DNA from: Spirochaetia bacterium
Lineage (GTDB): Bacteria > Spirochaetota > Spirochaetia > DSM-16054 > Sediminispirochaetaceae
Direction of reading: 5' to 3'
NCBI GenBank assembly: GCA_034520965.1
Contig: JAXHMY010000001.1
Location: forward strand, 64,001 to 128,000
DNA length: 64,000 nucleotides
In this document: piece after piece, positions 1 to 9,945 of the stretch
How positions within the stretch are numbered: position 1 is the stretch's first letter
Layout: each line of letters begins with the position of its first letter
Notes under the pieces: model-generated
Told to the model about the DNA's origin: nothing
Databases searched by the model: none
The model's input: only the letters and a program-made list of their open reading frames with translations
Program-made: the position numbers and the translations under genes

Positions 1-196
1 AGTTGTAGGCAAGAAGAGTTAACTGCTTAACCATTTTGAATTTATACACAAGAACATCTGAAAGCTCACCGGTTTTAGCCTGACCACTATCGGGATCTTT
101 TATAATGGCCTTTATCGCCTTATCAAGTTCTGCTTTTTGATTGGCATGCAGTCTTTTATACACCTTTTTAAATGATGGTTTTTGTAAAACGCGCAT
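1..196 (-). CDS. RelE/ParE-like type II toxin (3' end runs off window)
   Basis: Reads MRVLQKPSFKKVYKRLHANQKAELDKAIK...KTGELSDVLVYKF; near-identical to ORF 41520..41768; directly downstream of a ParD-like antitoxin. Confidence 0.8.
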   Translation of the reverse strand, partial: MRVLQKPSFKKVYKRLHANQKAELDKAIKAIIKDPDSGQAKTGELSDVLVYKFKMVKQLTLLAYN

Positions 197-199
197 GGT

Positions 200-412
200 T
201 TACTCTTGTGAAAAATTGAACGGCTCGGACTCTTCCTGCTGGGATAGAAGAATCTGCTGGATAAAGCTGTAGGGCAGATCCGGGTTTTCTTCTGCAATTT
301 TGCCGATACGTGACCAGTATTCAATTTGTTTGGGAATTGAACGACTATAAACTGCGGCATAACGTTTCGCCTCGTTAATTAAATCGTCTGAAAGTTTAAT
401 TGTCATAGACAC
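200..412 (-). CDS. ParD-like antitoxin
   Basis: IKLSDDLINEAKRYAAVYSRSIPKQIEYWSRIGKIAEENPDLP; GGAGG-type RBS just upstream of GTG at 412. Confidence 0.8.
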   Translation of the reverse strand: MSMTIKLSDDLINEAKRYAAVYSRSIPKQIEYWSRIGKIAEENPDLPYSFIQQILLSQQEESEPFNFSQE

Positions 413-496
413 GAACTTATCCTCCTTCATTAAGTCTATGGTAATATTATAGGTAATAAGAGGTAAAAATACAACTTTATCATGCAAAAAGCTTCG

Positions 497-741
497 CTAA
501 AAACGGGGGCTAAGCCCCCGACCGACAATTTCTACCTGCTCATCGATCAGGGAGAAAACCGAATCACGAAACAATGTGTTCGGCGGAATCTGTTTCTTGA
601 TGAAAATATGGGAGAGGCCGTGCACCTGAGACCAGACAAGCAGGGCCAAAGCCTCGGCGGGTTGCTGACTGACGATTGTCCCCCCCTTCAAGGCCCCGTT
701 GAAATACACCCCTTATCTGGGAAAGGCATCCAGATCCTCCG
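497..741 (-). pseudogene. C-terminal fragment of a TetR-family (WHG-type) regulator
   Basis: LVWSQVHGLSHI resembles the W-x3-HG motif of TetR C-terminal domains; no HTH N-terminus present. Confidence 0.45.
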
Positions 742-806
742 GACAGATTGCCCAGTAACCGCCTTCCGGAGCTTTCTCACTAATTGCCGTAAGCTCACCT
801 TTCATG
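740..806 (-). pseudogene. N-terminal fragment of HicB-family antitoxin
   Basis: MKGELTAISEKAPEGGYWAICPE is a HicB-like N-terminus that runs into unrelated sequence. Confidence 0.55.
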
Positions 807-905
807 ATTTTCATCCACCCATAGTATAGTATTGGGTCGTTTTGCTCGATTGGAAAACAATACTTTGAGTGAGGCCGCAAATCGGGTAAAAGCTGAACAT
901 CACAC

Positions 906-1196
906 CTATGAAACCTGCTCCAGATCATGTAAAAGAAGCCTGGGATATTTTGCTATAAGCCTAAAAGGTGCTTTCGCAGGCCCATCAGGATGTCGTCTCC
1001 CCTGTTCCCAGTTTTGGAGAGTGTTGATACTAATACCTATTCGCAGGGCAAATTGTTTCTGGGAGAAGCCCAGGTATTTTCTCAATGTTGCGAGGTCACC
1101 GGTTTTCCACTCTCCCGATATGAGTCGCAGACGCTGCTCCCTGGTAATAGCACGTTCAAAATCCTTCGACGTCAATTCCTGAATTTCATCAGTCAT
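906..1196 (-). CDS. XRE-family HTH antitoxin-like regulator (orphan)
   Basis: LRKYLGFSQKQFALRIGISINTLQNWEQGRRHPDGPA is a typical HigA-like XRE HTH; no toxin gene upstream. Confidence 0.75.
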   Translation of the reverse strand: MTDEIQELTSKDFERAITREQRLRLISGEWKTGDLATLRKYLGFSQKQFALRIGISINTLQNWEQGRRHPDGPAKAPFRLIAKYPRLLLHDLEQVS

Positions 1197-1263
1197 ATAA
1201 TTCCAAAATCAGATTATACGGAAGTTTAAAAAGCTTGGATAGACAATGCTAAAAGGACAACAG

Positions 1264-1515
1264 CTACTTCCTATAAAAAATCGGAGTGAACAGGATCAGG
1301 ACAGTGTATATTTCCAGCCGGCCCAAGATCATAACGGCCGCGAGCCATAGCTTCACATAGTTCGGAAAAAAGGCGAAGTTAGAAGTCGGGCCTACCCCAC
1401 CGAAGCCGGGGCCGATATTTCCGATACATGATAGGGAGGCTGTCAGTGCAGTGGTAAAGACGCCGCGCGGATAGACGAGGGTGCACAATTGTTTGGCAGC
1501 GGTTTTTATCATCAC
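1264..1515 (-). pseudogene. trkH: TrkH potassium uptake permease C-terminal fragment with internal deletion
   Basis: SCIGNIGPGFG...MILGRLEIYTVL is the TrkH C-terminus; only 83 aa remain. Confidence 0.75.
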
Positions 1516-1589
1516 CGAAATTGGGGTCGGTTACCGGCTGTTGGATGAGTAACTGGGTTCGGCAGTCTGGAATACATTCTCCTCATTGA

Positions 1590-3137
1590 TCAAAAAATCA
1601 AAGTCTCGATTTCGTTGGAACCCTCACAGGATAGAGCTTTGGAAAGAAGAGCCTTTTCTCGCTCAACTGATGAGTGGCGGATCGACTCTTTTATTAACGG
1701 CACTGCCTGTGGATACATATTTACCTCATCCGGCTCCATGGCCAATAAAAAACGAAGGTACTCCGGATGACTCACAGCCTCTCCGCATATATTCACAGCA
1801 GTACCAGCTCTGCGACAGGTCTGTACCGCCTGTTGAACCGCAATCAATACGGAAGGCTCAACGGGACTATACAGAGCAGAGACCTTCGGGTTGTTGCGAT
1901 CTGCAGCAAGAATGTATTGAGTAAAATCATTTATCCCGATGGTGACGAAATCAATATATTGTAACAACTTTGGAAGAATGAATAGTGCGGAGGGGACTTC
2001 GAGCATAATACCTATCGGTAAACCGGGGTCGTATGATTCACCCCGTTTTTTCAGGGTATTCTTTTCTTCATTTAGAATACTCAAGACCGACTTGATTTCA
2101 TTCACCGTCGTAACAAGGGGGATCAACAGCTTAACCGGCCCGTGTACGGAGCTTTTCAGAATGGCTCTGATCTGAGCCCGAAAGCTGTGTTCGAACCTAA
2201 GAGCAAGGCGAATTGCCCTTTGGCCGAGATAAGGGTTGGAATCTTTCTGCTGTGTACCGAAAAATGAGTGTTTATCACCCCCTGCATCAAATGTTCTTAT
2301 GGTAACCGGTTTCCCCTTCAACAACTCAACTATTTCGGTGTATCTACTTGTCTGTTCTTCCTCTCCAGGAAATTCCCTATCGCCGGAGAAGGTATATTCG
2401 GTTCTCAAGAGTCCTATATGATCGGCACCATACGAATACGCGAGCTTGGTGTCCGACAGGGAGCCCGCGCTTGCACCGACACGAACACTTTTGTTATCCA
2501 AGGTGACGACCTCTTCATTTTTTTCTCTAATAGTTTTTGGAAAACAAAACTCTTTTTGTCCTTGAGTCGCGTATACTGAGAGCGTGAGTCCTGGGTAGGA
2601 TAAACGAGAACGAGCCCTGCGGTCCCGTCAATAATAAGATCATCTCCATCCGCAATGGCCTTCGGTGCTTCAACGCCATTTACAACCATCGGGATTTTCA
2701 GTATTCAGAAGGTGCTGTAATATTCTCCGGCCTATATTTCTAATATCTTTCTTCCGTTCTCTGAGATATGCATCTTCCAGTGAATTAAAATGGGCTATAT
2801 ACTCATCCACCACGCTCTTAAGGGAGAATTCTGCAGAATATCCGTCGCCTGCATACGCGAGTATTTTATCGGTAAAACTCTTATCTAGAAGAAACAACAG
2901 CTGAATCTTGAGAATTGCGTGCTCCTGATCACTGAGTTCGGTCTTTCCTCTGAGGAAACCTTCTATTTCCTTTTCGGCTGCTGCAATCGCTGTTTCTATT
3001 CTGCGGACCTCTTTCTCCACATCGGAGATTTCTCGTTTCTGTATGTGTTCAAAATCCGTGCTTCTGGAAAATAGAAAGGCCGTCCCCTCACCGATACCAT
3101 GGGAAGCAGGGGCTCCGAAAAATCTTTTTTCATTCAT
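1590..3137 (-). pseudogene. ptsI: PTS enzyme I (PEP-protein phosphotransferase), split over three ORFs and lacking the phospho-His segment
   Basis: YLRER..DI, IGLLRTE, TIRTFDAGGDK, NPYLGQRAIR, IGINDFTQY and ICGE motifs; ORFs 2670..3137, 2414..2689 and 1590..2501; no GGxTSH motif. Confidence 0.8.
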
Positions 3138-3780
3138 AAGGGAATCTTATCGTAAAAACCGGATACGGGCTTCTCTTTATATCCAACTGACCCTGTAGTT
3201 GGCCTGCCAGAGTCGAGACAAGCTGCAACCCAAGGGTTTTCGGATTTTCTGTGTCTATGTGCTGGGGAAACGGATTGCCGGTATTCTCGATTATAAGATC
3301 ATAGTAGTGATCTCGGCGCCTGTGTAATCGTACGGTAAACCATGATTCGGTCTCTTCGTTGAAGCCGTGTTGGAGTGCGTTGATCGCCATCTCATTGACA
3401 ATGAGTCCTATGGGAATAGCTTTCCGAACCTTGAGGCTTACGTAGTCAATATCGATCTCTCTCCATACTTCGTTCTCGGTGTACGCCGAGAAGATAGTAG
3501 TAAGGAGGTCTTCTATGTACTCCTTTATCCTCACGTAACCGGCGCCGTCCACTCTGTGTATCTTCTCGTGTACCTGTCTCATCGCATCGATACGAAGCTG
3601 TAGATCGGATAGATCGATCTCATCCCCAACCGATTTATTTTTAAGGCTGATAAGGGAAGAAATCATGGTGAGGTCGTTTTTCATCCTGTGTCTGAGTTCT
3701 TCTAGAAGAATTTCTTTTTCTTCGAGTTGTTGCTCAAGTGCAACCGTCCGATCCTGGGCTTGGTCGACTACAATCTTCAT
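3130..3780 (-). CDS. Soluble histidine kinase, HisKA_2 type
   Basis: ELRHRMKNDL H-box, NEMAINALQH N-box, LGLQLV G-box; no sensor domain. Confidence 0.85.
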   Translation of the reverse strand: MKIVVDQAQDRTVALEQQLEEKEILLEELRHRMKNDLTMISSLISLKNKSVGDEIDLSDLQLRIDAMRQVHEKIHRVDGAGYVRIKEYIEDLLTTIFSAYTENEVWREIDIDYVSLKVRKAIPIGLIVNEMAINALQHGFNEETESWFTVRLHRRRDHYYDLIIENTGNPFPQHIDTENPKTLGLQLVSTLAGQLQGQLDIKRSPYPVFTIRFPYE

Positions 3781-3926
3781 TTAGCTTTCCCTCCTTGTTC
3801 CGCTGCATTGTTTTCAAAAATGCCCCGGGCAATCTGCAGTATCGACTTAGTGTTACTGTCTTGGAGGCTACCCGGAACCTACAAATCAAATCCCATGCAT
3901 TTATTAATATTTATACAGGAGTAAGA

Positions 3927-3963
3927 TTACAGGAAGGTTTCAATAATGTTACACCTGCGACAT
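3927..3963. promoter_or_regulatory. Phased TTACA operator (copy 1), upstream of kinase/ptsI genes
   Basis: TTACA 3927, TTTCA 3938, TTACA 3949 (11-bp period), then degenerate inverted half-site CGACAT. Confidence 0.55.
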
Positions 3964-3977
3964 TTTACAGATCGGCT

Positions 3978-4859
3978 CTACTGCGACATCTCCCGGGTCA
4001 ACCAGAAACCGGAGGCCAACAAGAGCCCGCCTCCATATAGCATACTCGCAGCCGGAACCTCGCCGAAAATCAGGTAGCCGAGAAAAGCGGCGACGATCGG
4101 GGAGACGATAATGTCTACGAGGGAATAGACATTCGCATTGATCCTTTTCAAGACAAGGGAAATGCCGAAATAGGCAAAACCGGTTGATATTACACCCAGG
4201 GCAAATGCCCACAGGGCTACGGGCAGGGACAGGCCGAGTGCGGGGTAAAAGACCATAGCGGTTACCTTTCCGGGTCCGAAAATCAACAGGGCCGGTGAGA
4301 GAATAACGGCTCCCACCAGCATCGACCAGGCAATATCGTTGTCGGTCTCGGTTTTGCCCTCATGCCGCATGTAGGTAACCATTGCCGCATATATTGCCCC
4401 GTCACCAAGAGCAATCAGATTACCGAGCAGGGTATCTCCCTTCAAGGGCTTGGCGAGAATGATACCGGTAATGGCAACGGAAAAGATAAATATGTAACTC
4501 CACTTCGCCTTTTCCCCCAGAAACACCGCCGAAAAGATGAAAGTAAAAAAGGGAGCAACACTCCAGAAGATCACTACATTGGCGATAGGGGCCAAGGTCA
4601 TGGCAAGGTTGAACACACTGATCTGCGTGGCGATGAGGATGCCGATAAGTATGGTGTCTTTCAGGTTATCCCGCGGAAACTCAGGTCTGTCCTTTGCAAA
4701 CAGGGGCAAGGCAATCATAAGAAAGATTGTGGAAAAGGCGAGCGCGTAGAAATTGAGCGTATAAATCGGAATCAGTCCATCGGTTAGCTTAACAAACACA
4801 CCGATAGTTGCTTCCGAGAGCGTGATCATGAACAAGAGCAAAATTGTTTTTATTTTCAT
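3978..4859 (-). CDS. DMT/EamA family transporter
   Basis: 293 aa, about ten hydrophobic segments in two EamA-like halves (SAVFLGEK, GYLIFGE). Confidence 0.85.
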   Translation of the reverse strand: MKIKTILLLFMITLSEATIGVFVKLTDGLIPIYTLNFYALAFSTIFLMIALPLFAKDRPEFPRDNLKDTILIGILIATQISVFNLAMTLAPIANVVIFWSVAPFFTFIFSAVFLGEKAKWSYIFIFSVAITGIILAKPLKGDTLLGNLIALGDGAIYAAMVTYMRHEGKTETDNDIAWSMLVGAVILSPALLIFGPGKVTAMVFYPALGLSLPVALWAFALGVISTGFAYFGISLVLKRINANVYSLVDIIVSPIVAAFLGYLIFGEVPAASMLYGGGLLLASGFWLTREMSQ

Positions 4860-4881
4860 ATCTTCACCTCAAATGTTAATT

Positions 4882-7122
4882 TTAATCTCGACTATTCCCG
4901 TGGTGATACGCCGCCAAAATCTTCGTATAAATGTTGGCAACATTTTCGGCGAAGCTTTCAATTGAGTAACTGCGGGCGTATTCTTGTGCCTGTGAGGCGA
5001 GCTTGTGGCGTAAGGGCTCGTCTTCCAACAACAGCTTAACGTGGTGTGTCCACTTCTGCAAATCCGCCGGAGTTTTGTAACCGTTCACTTCGTTTTGTAC
5101 TACATCTTCGATCCCGCTGGACCGTACGGCGACTACCGGCATATGCGCCGCCATAGCCTCAAGCACCACCATACCCTGCGTCTCCGACCTTGAGGCAAAC
5201 AGAAACATATCTCCCAGCTGATAGAACTCAACCATTTTCTCAGGAGCCACCGATCCAAGCAGATACACTACTTCGGCCAAGCCAAGCGCTTGTATGCGCC
5301 GCTGCAATCTCTCCCGTTCCAAACCATCGCCGATAATAAGGCACTTGAAGGGGACTTTGCTATATTCCTTCAGACGGCCTACTCCCTCTATCAGAAAATC
5401 AATGTTCTTTTCTTTACTCAAGCGGGACACGCTGATCAAGATTGTTTCCGACTCGATTGAATACTGTGCACGCAGTTCGTGAAGGTTCACTTTATTCTGA
5501 AAGCGCGCATACTCTATTCCGGTCGGCTGTATATAGATATCGCTGCTTACGCCGATTAGCCGTAAGTACTCTTCAGCGGATTGAGTCGGTACAATTACCC
5601 CGTGGCAGCGATTGGCATATCTTCTTACTATGCTGTGCGCAATAAGGTTCCGGAAAATCGGTCCGGGTAAAGGCACAAAGTGGGAGTAGTGTTCCAGTCG
5701 GGTATGGTAGGTATACACTAAGGGCACCTTCAAACGCCGGGCCTGCAGCAAGGCCGCCTTACCCATCCAGAACGGATGATGGCTATGGATCAGGTCGGGT
5801 CCAAATCTGCGTACGGCCCGACCTATGCGTGGAGAGAAAATATTGGTCATCCGGAACTCACGGTTTTTGCCCCAAGGCAGGAGAGTCGGTATTCGTTCGA
5901 CGTTTTTCTCCTCGGGATCCTTGTTCGGGTAATCCGGTGCCGCAATCAAAACTGAATGCGAACTATTCAGCAATCCGCGTCTCAGTCGATCGATTGATAT
6001 GGGAACCCCGCCTATGAACGGTAAATAGTTATTCGTGAGCATGGCAATTTTCAACCGCCGCCCCTTAAAGGGAGTCGGATCGACATCATAGTTCGGGTAA
6101 TAATCATGCTCGACGAATACCGTGGTATACAGTTTTATGGCCAGGGCAATCAGTATCAGGAGTATCAAAATGAAGTTGAACCAGCCCACATAAAACAGCG
6201 AGTGGATGAAAAACCATAATCGTTCGAGGGTTTCCCTTACCTCATTGCGACCGATGTCGAGCTGCTCCTTTGAGATGCTGATTCCCTTGTTATCAACCTG
6301 AACTTCGGCAAAATGATAGTTGCTCTCCTCTCGGTTCAAAACTAAGCCCCCCGCCCCGCCTGTAACCACATAATGGATTCCATCTTTGACCTGATGGCTG
6401 TAAATCGGAAGATGGGCGGAAAAAACGGCATTTACGCCATAACTGGCGAACAACTCGAGTAGAGCATCTCTGAACCGTGGGTCCTTCACATATATTGTCT
6501 CGCCTCGCAGAGCGCTCTCTATCTTGCGCTCGAGCTTCGCCACCGGATAGCTTATGAATACAAAGCGGTGGTCCGGACGCGGGTCTTGAAGCTGCCGCTC
6601 CAGCCAGTGGAGCTGAAAAGTGAATGCATCCGGATCGGTTCCATCCAAAAAAATAAACTGAGCAGGTCCGGCAATAAATGAATAAAAGTATGGGCCGAAA
6701 TGCTCGTAGAAGTGGTAAGGGCCGAAGGTGCTGCTCTCATGCTCGCCGACCGTGAGAAGGTAAGGTATGGATAGGTGGTTGAGGCTGCGATAGATCGCCT
6801 GATACTTATATTCACCACCGCCGCTGACTGCATTACCGGCGGATATCAAGAACTCTGCATCTGATCTATTGATAATTGGAATCAGCTGACGTTCGAATAT
6901 TCCAATCGAGTTATTGATATTCCCCACAACCCCGAATTTGAAACTACTACTCTCCGAGAGTTCGCTTTTTATTTGTTCAATCTGTTCTGCATGCACACCG
7001 GAAAAATCGTTTTCAATAAAGGCGACATATATGCGATAACCGGTTAATACAATAATCGCACAGAGAGTCGAATAAAACACTATTTTCAATCTGCCCGGGG
7101 TGAGCACCTTACGTGCTTTCAT
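4882..7122 (-). CDS. Metallophosphoesterase-like domain fused via a TM helix to a GT4 glycosyltransferase (diacylglycerol glycosyltransferase-like)
   Basis: NNYLPFIGGVPISI, TYHTRLEHY and ETQGMVVLEAMAA GT4 motifs; N-terminal calcineurin-like fold with TGGAGG. Confidence 0.85.
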   Translation of the reverse strand: MKARKVLTPGRLKIVFYSTLCAIIVLTGYRIYVAFIENDFSGVHAEQIEQIKSELSESSSFKFGVVGNINNSIGIFERQLIPIINRSDAEFLISAGNAVSGGGEYKYQAIYRSLNHLSIPYLLTVGEHESSTFGPYHFYEHFGPYFYSFIAGPAQFIFLDGTDPDAFTFQLHWLERQLQDPRPDHRFVFISYPVAKLERKIESALRGETIYVKDPRFRDALLELFASYGVNAVFSAHLPIYSHQVKDGIHYVVTGGAGGLVLNREESNYHFAEVQVDNKGISISKEQLDIGRNEVRETLERLWFFIHSLFYVGWFNFILILLILIALAIKLYTTVFVEHDYYPNYDVDPTPFKGRRLKIAMLTNNYLPFIGGVPISIDRLRRGLLNSSHSVLIAAPDYPNKDPEEKNVERIPTLLPWGKNREFRMTNIFSPRIGRAVRRFGPDLIHSHHPFWMGKAALLQARRLKVPLVYTYHTRLEHYSHFVPLPGPIFRNLIAHSIVRRYANRCHGVIVPTQSAEEYLRLIGVSSDIYIQPTGIEYARFQNKVNLHELRAQYSIESETILISVSRLSKEKNIDFLIEGVGRLKEYSKVPFKCLIIGDGLERERLQRRIQALGLAEVVYLLGSVAPEKMVEFYQLGDMFLFASRSETQGMVVLEAMAAHMPVVAVRSSGIEDVVQNEVNGYKTPADLQKWTHHVKLLLEDEPLRHKLASQAQEYARSYSIESFAENVANIYTKILAAYHHGNSRD

Positions 7123-8182
7123 GACTTATCTCCCGATGCATAATAAATATTCCAATCCCCATGCCCAGATAAATTGTTACAGCCCGCCAGAGTACCGTAA
7201 CCAATACCAGATGTCCGGCAGTCAGAATATCAGAGAACAAATAGCCGAACACCCCCTCGGCAATCCCGGACGCACCCGGTGTCGGCGAAAAATACATCAC
7301 AAAGGTGGTAATCAATAACCTTCCAATTACCAGCCAGTACTGCAGATCATACCCTAAAGCGGCCGTAATGAGAGCTGGAAAAGAAAACAGACTAAGCAGG
7401 AATCCAGCAGTTGCAAGAATGGAGGCTAAAATATACCGAGGTTTTCCTTTTAAGAAGGTTCGAAATCCTACAGCGAATCGATGCATTTCTCTCACTATGT
7501 TTCGTTTCCAGCGACTATAACGGCCCGGATTAAGCACGTGCAGCCAGCGGAGCATTAACAATGTACCTACCAGGATTTGTATTAAGACCTTGGTTCGCAG
7601 AATTAGCACCACAAAGAACCCGATATAAAGGGTAGCAAATACCGCCAAAGTACGAAAAACCGGTGTATAGCGGCTTATGGTCTGCGCATCAGTGAGTTTT
7701 AGCAACATAACCGGTCCGGCACTGAAAATAAACAGTACCGCCAGGACAGTTCTAATTGTGGTTGCCGTCATCGCGGTTCCCACCGGTACCCCCCGCCTCT
7801 GCAGATACCACACTTGCGCTACTCCACCGCCGGTAGCTAGAGGGGTCACATTAGAGACAAACAGATTTATGAATACCAACCGTATCATAGCACGCAGAGC
7901 AATCCGCTGATTAAGAGCCCGCAGCACGAACCACAATCTAAGTCCGTCGAGGCAATAATATATACTTAATAATCCGGCTGTAGAAATGAAAAACTGAACT
8001 GAAAAGAGGCGGGAGTCCCAGGTCACTTTGTCGGTAGGAACTTGGGAATATACTGCATAGAAGCCTAGGGAACTGAGAAAAATAAACAGAAGCGAAAACC
8101 GCAGTAAGCGTCCGGCACTCAGTGCGCTGCTTTTTGCCGGTTTACTCTTACCATCAGCGTTGTCAACAGATTTCTTTTTCAT
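7109..8182 (-). CDS. Lysylphosphatidylglycerol synthase TM-domain / flippase-like membrane protein
   Basis: NVTPLATGG, SPTPGASGIAE and LWRAVTIY motifs; overlaps the GT4 gene start. Confidence 0.85.
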   Translation of the reverse strand: MKKKSVDNADGKSKPAKSSALSAGRLLRFSLLFIFLSSLGFYAVYSQVPTDKVTWDSRLFSVQFFISTAGLLSIYYCLDGLRLWFVLRALNQRIALRAMIRLVFINLFVSNVTPLATGGGVAQVWYLQRRGVPVGTAMTATTIRTVLAVLFIFSAGPVMLLKLTDAQTISRYTPVFRTLAVFATLYIGFFVVLILRTKVLIQILVGTLLMLRWLHVLNPGRYSRWKRNIVREMHRFAVGFRTFLKGKPRYILASILATAGFLLSLFSFPALITAALGYDLQYWLVIGRLLITTFVMYFSPTPGASGIAEGVFGYLFSDILTAGHLVLVTVLWRAVTIYLGMGIGIFIMHREISHEST

Positions 8183-8210
8183 ATAATTCTAAGGCTATGG
8201 TAAAAATAGA

Positions 8211-8243
8211 AGAAAGGCAATATCGCCGTGATATTGCCTTTCT
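8211..8243. terminator. Hairpin downstream of htrA
   Basis: AGAAAGGCAATATC-gccgt-GATATTGCCTTTCT, perfect 14-bp stem. Confidence 0.65.
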
Positions 8244-8305
8244 CTGGGTAACACAACTCCGGTCATGTACTGGGAGGTTTTCCCGGAGCGGTTGTTTTTA
8301 AAGAT

Positions 8306-9856
8306 TTATTTGTTGATTCCGACAAAATACTGGTTGCCTTCTCGAATAAATCCTATCTTAAATTCGTTGGTCGAGCTTGCGTTAACAGCTTTGTAGAAAT
8401 CTATTATTGAGGTAATTTTTTGGCCATTGATCTCTGTGATTACGTCATACGGGCGCAATCCGCCAATAAATGCCTTTGATTGTTTTTCTACATTTGCCAC
8501 CAGCACTCCCTCGGTAGAGGAGTTAAGGTTGAGCTCCTGTGTGGCCTGTTCGTTGAGCGGTACTACTATCATCCCCGGCCATAATTTGTTCTGCTGCTTC
8601 TGAATGGTCTCTGCATCGGCCCGTTCTCCGATTTCAACCGTAACAGAACGCTCTTCACCATAACGGAATAGGGTAAACTCAACCTGTTTTCCGGCCCGAA
8701 GCTGCCCGACAGCCCGAACAAGCTCTTCCCGGTTCTCAATTTTCCGGCCGTCCACTTCGGTAATGAAATCGCCCGGCATTAGGCCGCCCTTTGCAGCCGG
8801 TGAATCCAAATACACATTGTGGACAAAGGCACCTTTCTGAGTCGGCAGGTTCATCTTTTCGGCCAGGCTTTCGGTCATTCCGGCAATCGAAACGCCCAGC
8901 CAGCCGTACTCGACCTTACCGGTACTAATCAGCTGTTCTATAGTCTGTTTGGCGGTATTAATTGGAACAGCGAAACCGAGCCCTACGCTGCCGCCTGAAG
9001 GTGCGGCTATCCACGTGTTTATGCCGATCACCTCGCCCTGCATATTCACTAAGGCACCGCCGGAGTTGCCCCGATTGATAGCTGCATCAGTTTGAATGAA
9101 TTCGCTAATATTATTGGCAGGTCCGGAACGACCCTTGGCACTCACAATACCGGCCGTCACACTGGAAACAAATCCGAAGGGGCTGCCGACCGCCAGGACC
9201 CAGTTTCCAACCTTCACTCTGTCGCTGTTTCCGAGCTGCGCAACCGGGAGGCTGTCTTCGGTTTGAACTTTTACCAAAGCGAGGTCTTTTCGGGGGTCTT
9301 TACCGACAATAGTGGCCTTATACTGTTTTCCTGAAGTCAGTATTACGTTTATCTCATCCGCCTTACCGACTACATGATTATTCGTAAGAACGTAGTAGTT
9401 GTTACTACGCTTTTCTACTATCACCCCCGATCCGAGGCCGCGGCGCTTGAACTCCCTCTGCTGATCCTCGTTCGACTGATTATCCCCTGATTGTCCTTCC
9501 GGCATCATGAAATTCCAGGGGAATCCCAGTTGTTGCGGAACCTGCTGTTCTACAACGTCAATTACCCTTAACTCAACCACCGAAGGCAGAGCTTTTTCTG
9601 CTACTTCATTGAATGAGTTTGGAACACTTGCACTGCCGGAAACCTGCGGTGCCGGCTGGCTGCTTTGTTCGGTTGTCTGCCCCCCGGTTCCACTGCTTCC
9701 TTCACTACTTCCCTGTGCATGTGCAGCTTCGCCTACACCAGCAGAGCCGATATTACTAAATGCAAAGAACGAGAGTACAAAACCGATCAGTATCCCGACT
9801 AAGACAAGATTAAATAAAAAGAACCTTTTTGAATAAAATAGTTTTTTCGTGTTCAT
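8306..9856 (-). CDS. htrA: Do/DegP-family serine endoprotease with two PDZ domains
   Basis: LTNNHVV, DLAL and QTDAAINRGNSGGALV catalytic motifs; N-terminal TM; RBS before ATG 9856. Confidence 0.95.
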   Translation of the reverse strand: MNTKKLFYSKRFFLFNLVLVGILIGFVLSFFAFSNIGSAGVGEAAHAQGSSEGSSGTGGQTTEQSSQPAPQVSGSASVPNSFNEVAEKALPSVVELRVIDVVEQQVPQQLGFPWNFMMPEGQSGDNQSNEDQQREFKRRGLGSGVIVEKRSNNYYVLTNNHVVGKADEINVILTSGKQYKATIVGKDPRKDLALVKVQTEDSLPVAQLGNSDRVKVGNWVLAVGSPFGFVSSVTAGIVSAKGRSGPANNISEFIQTDAAINRGNSGGALVNMQGEVIGINTWIAAPSGGSVGLGFAVPINTAKQTIEQLISTGKVEYGWLGVSIAGMTESLAEKMNLPTQKGAFVHNVYLDSPAAKGGLMPGDFITEVDGRKIENREELVRAVGQLRAGKQVEFTLFRYGEERSVTVEIGERADAETIQKQQNKLWPGMIVVPLNEQATQELNLNSSTEGVLVANVEKQSKAFIGGLRPYDVITEINGQKITSIIDFYKAVNASSTNEFKIGFIREGNQYFVGINK

Positions 9857-9903
9857 AACAATCTCCTTCTCCTTACTACAGCCCAAATATAGTGGTTGCG
9901 AGA

Positions 9904-9940
9904 TTTCAGGAGGATTGCATAGAGATTACAAGTGTGTAAT
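9904..9940. promoter_or_regulatory. Phased TTACA operator (copy 2), htrA upstream region
   Basis: TTTCA 9904, TTGCA 9915, then ATTACA-AGTG-TGTAAT 9925-9940. Confidence 0.7.
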
Positions 9941-9945
9941 CTTTT

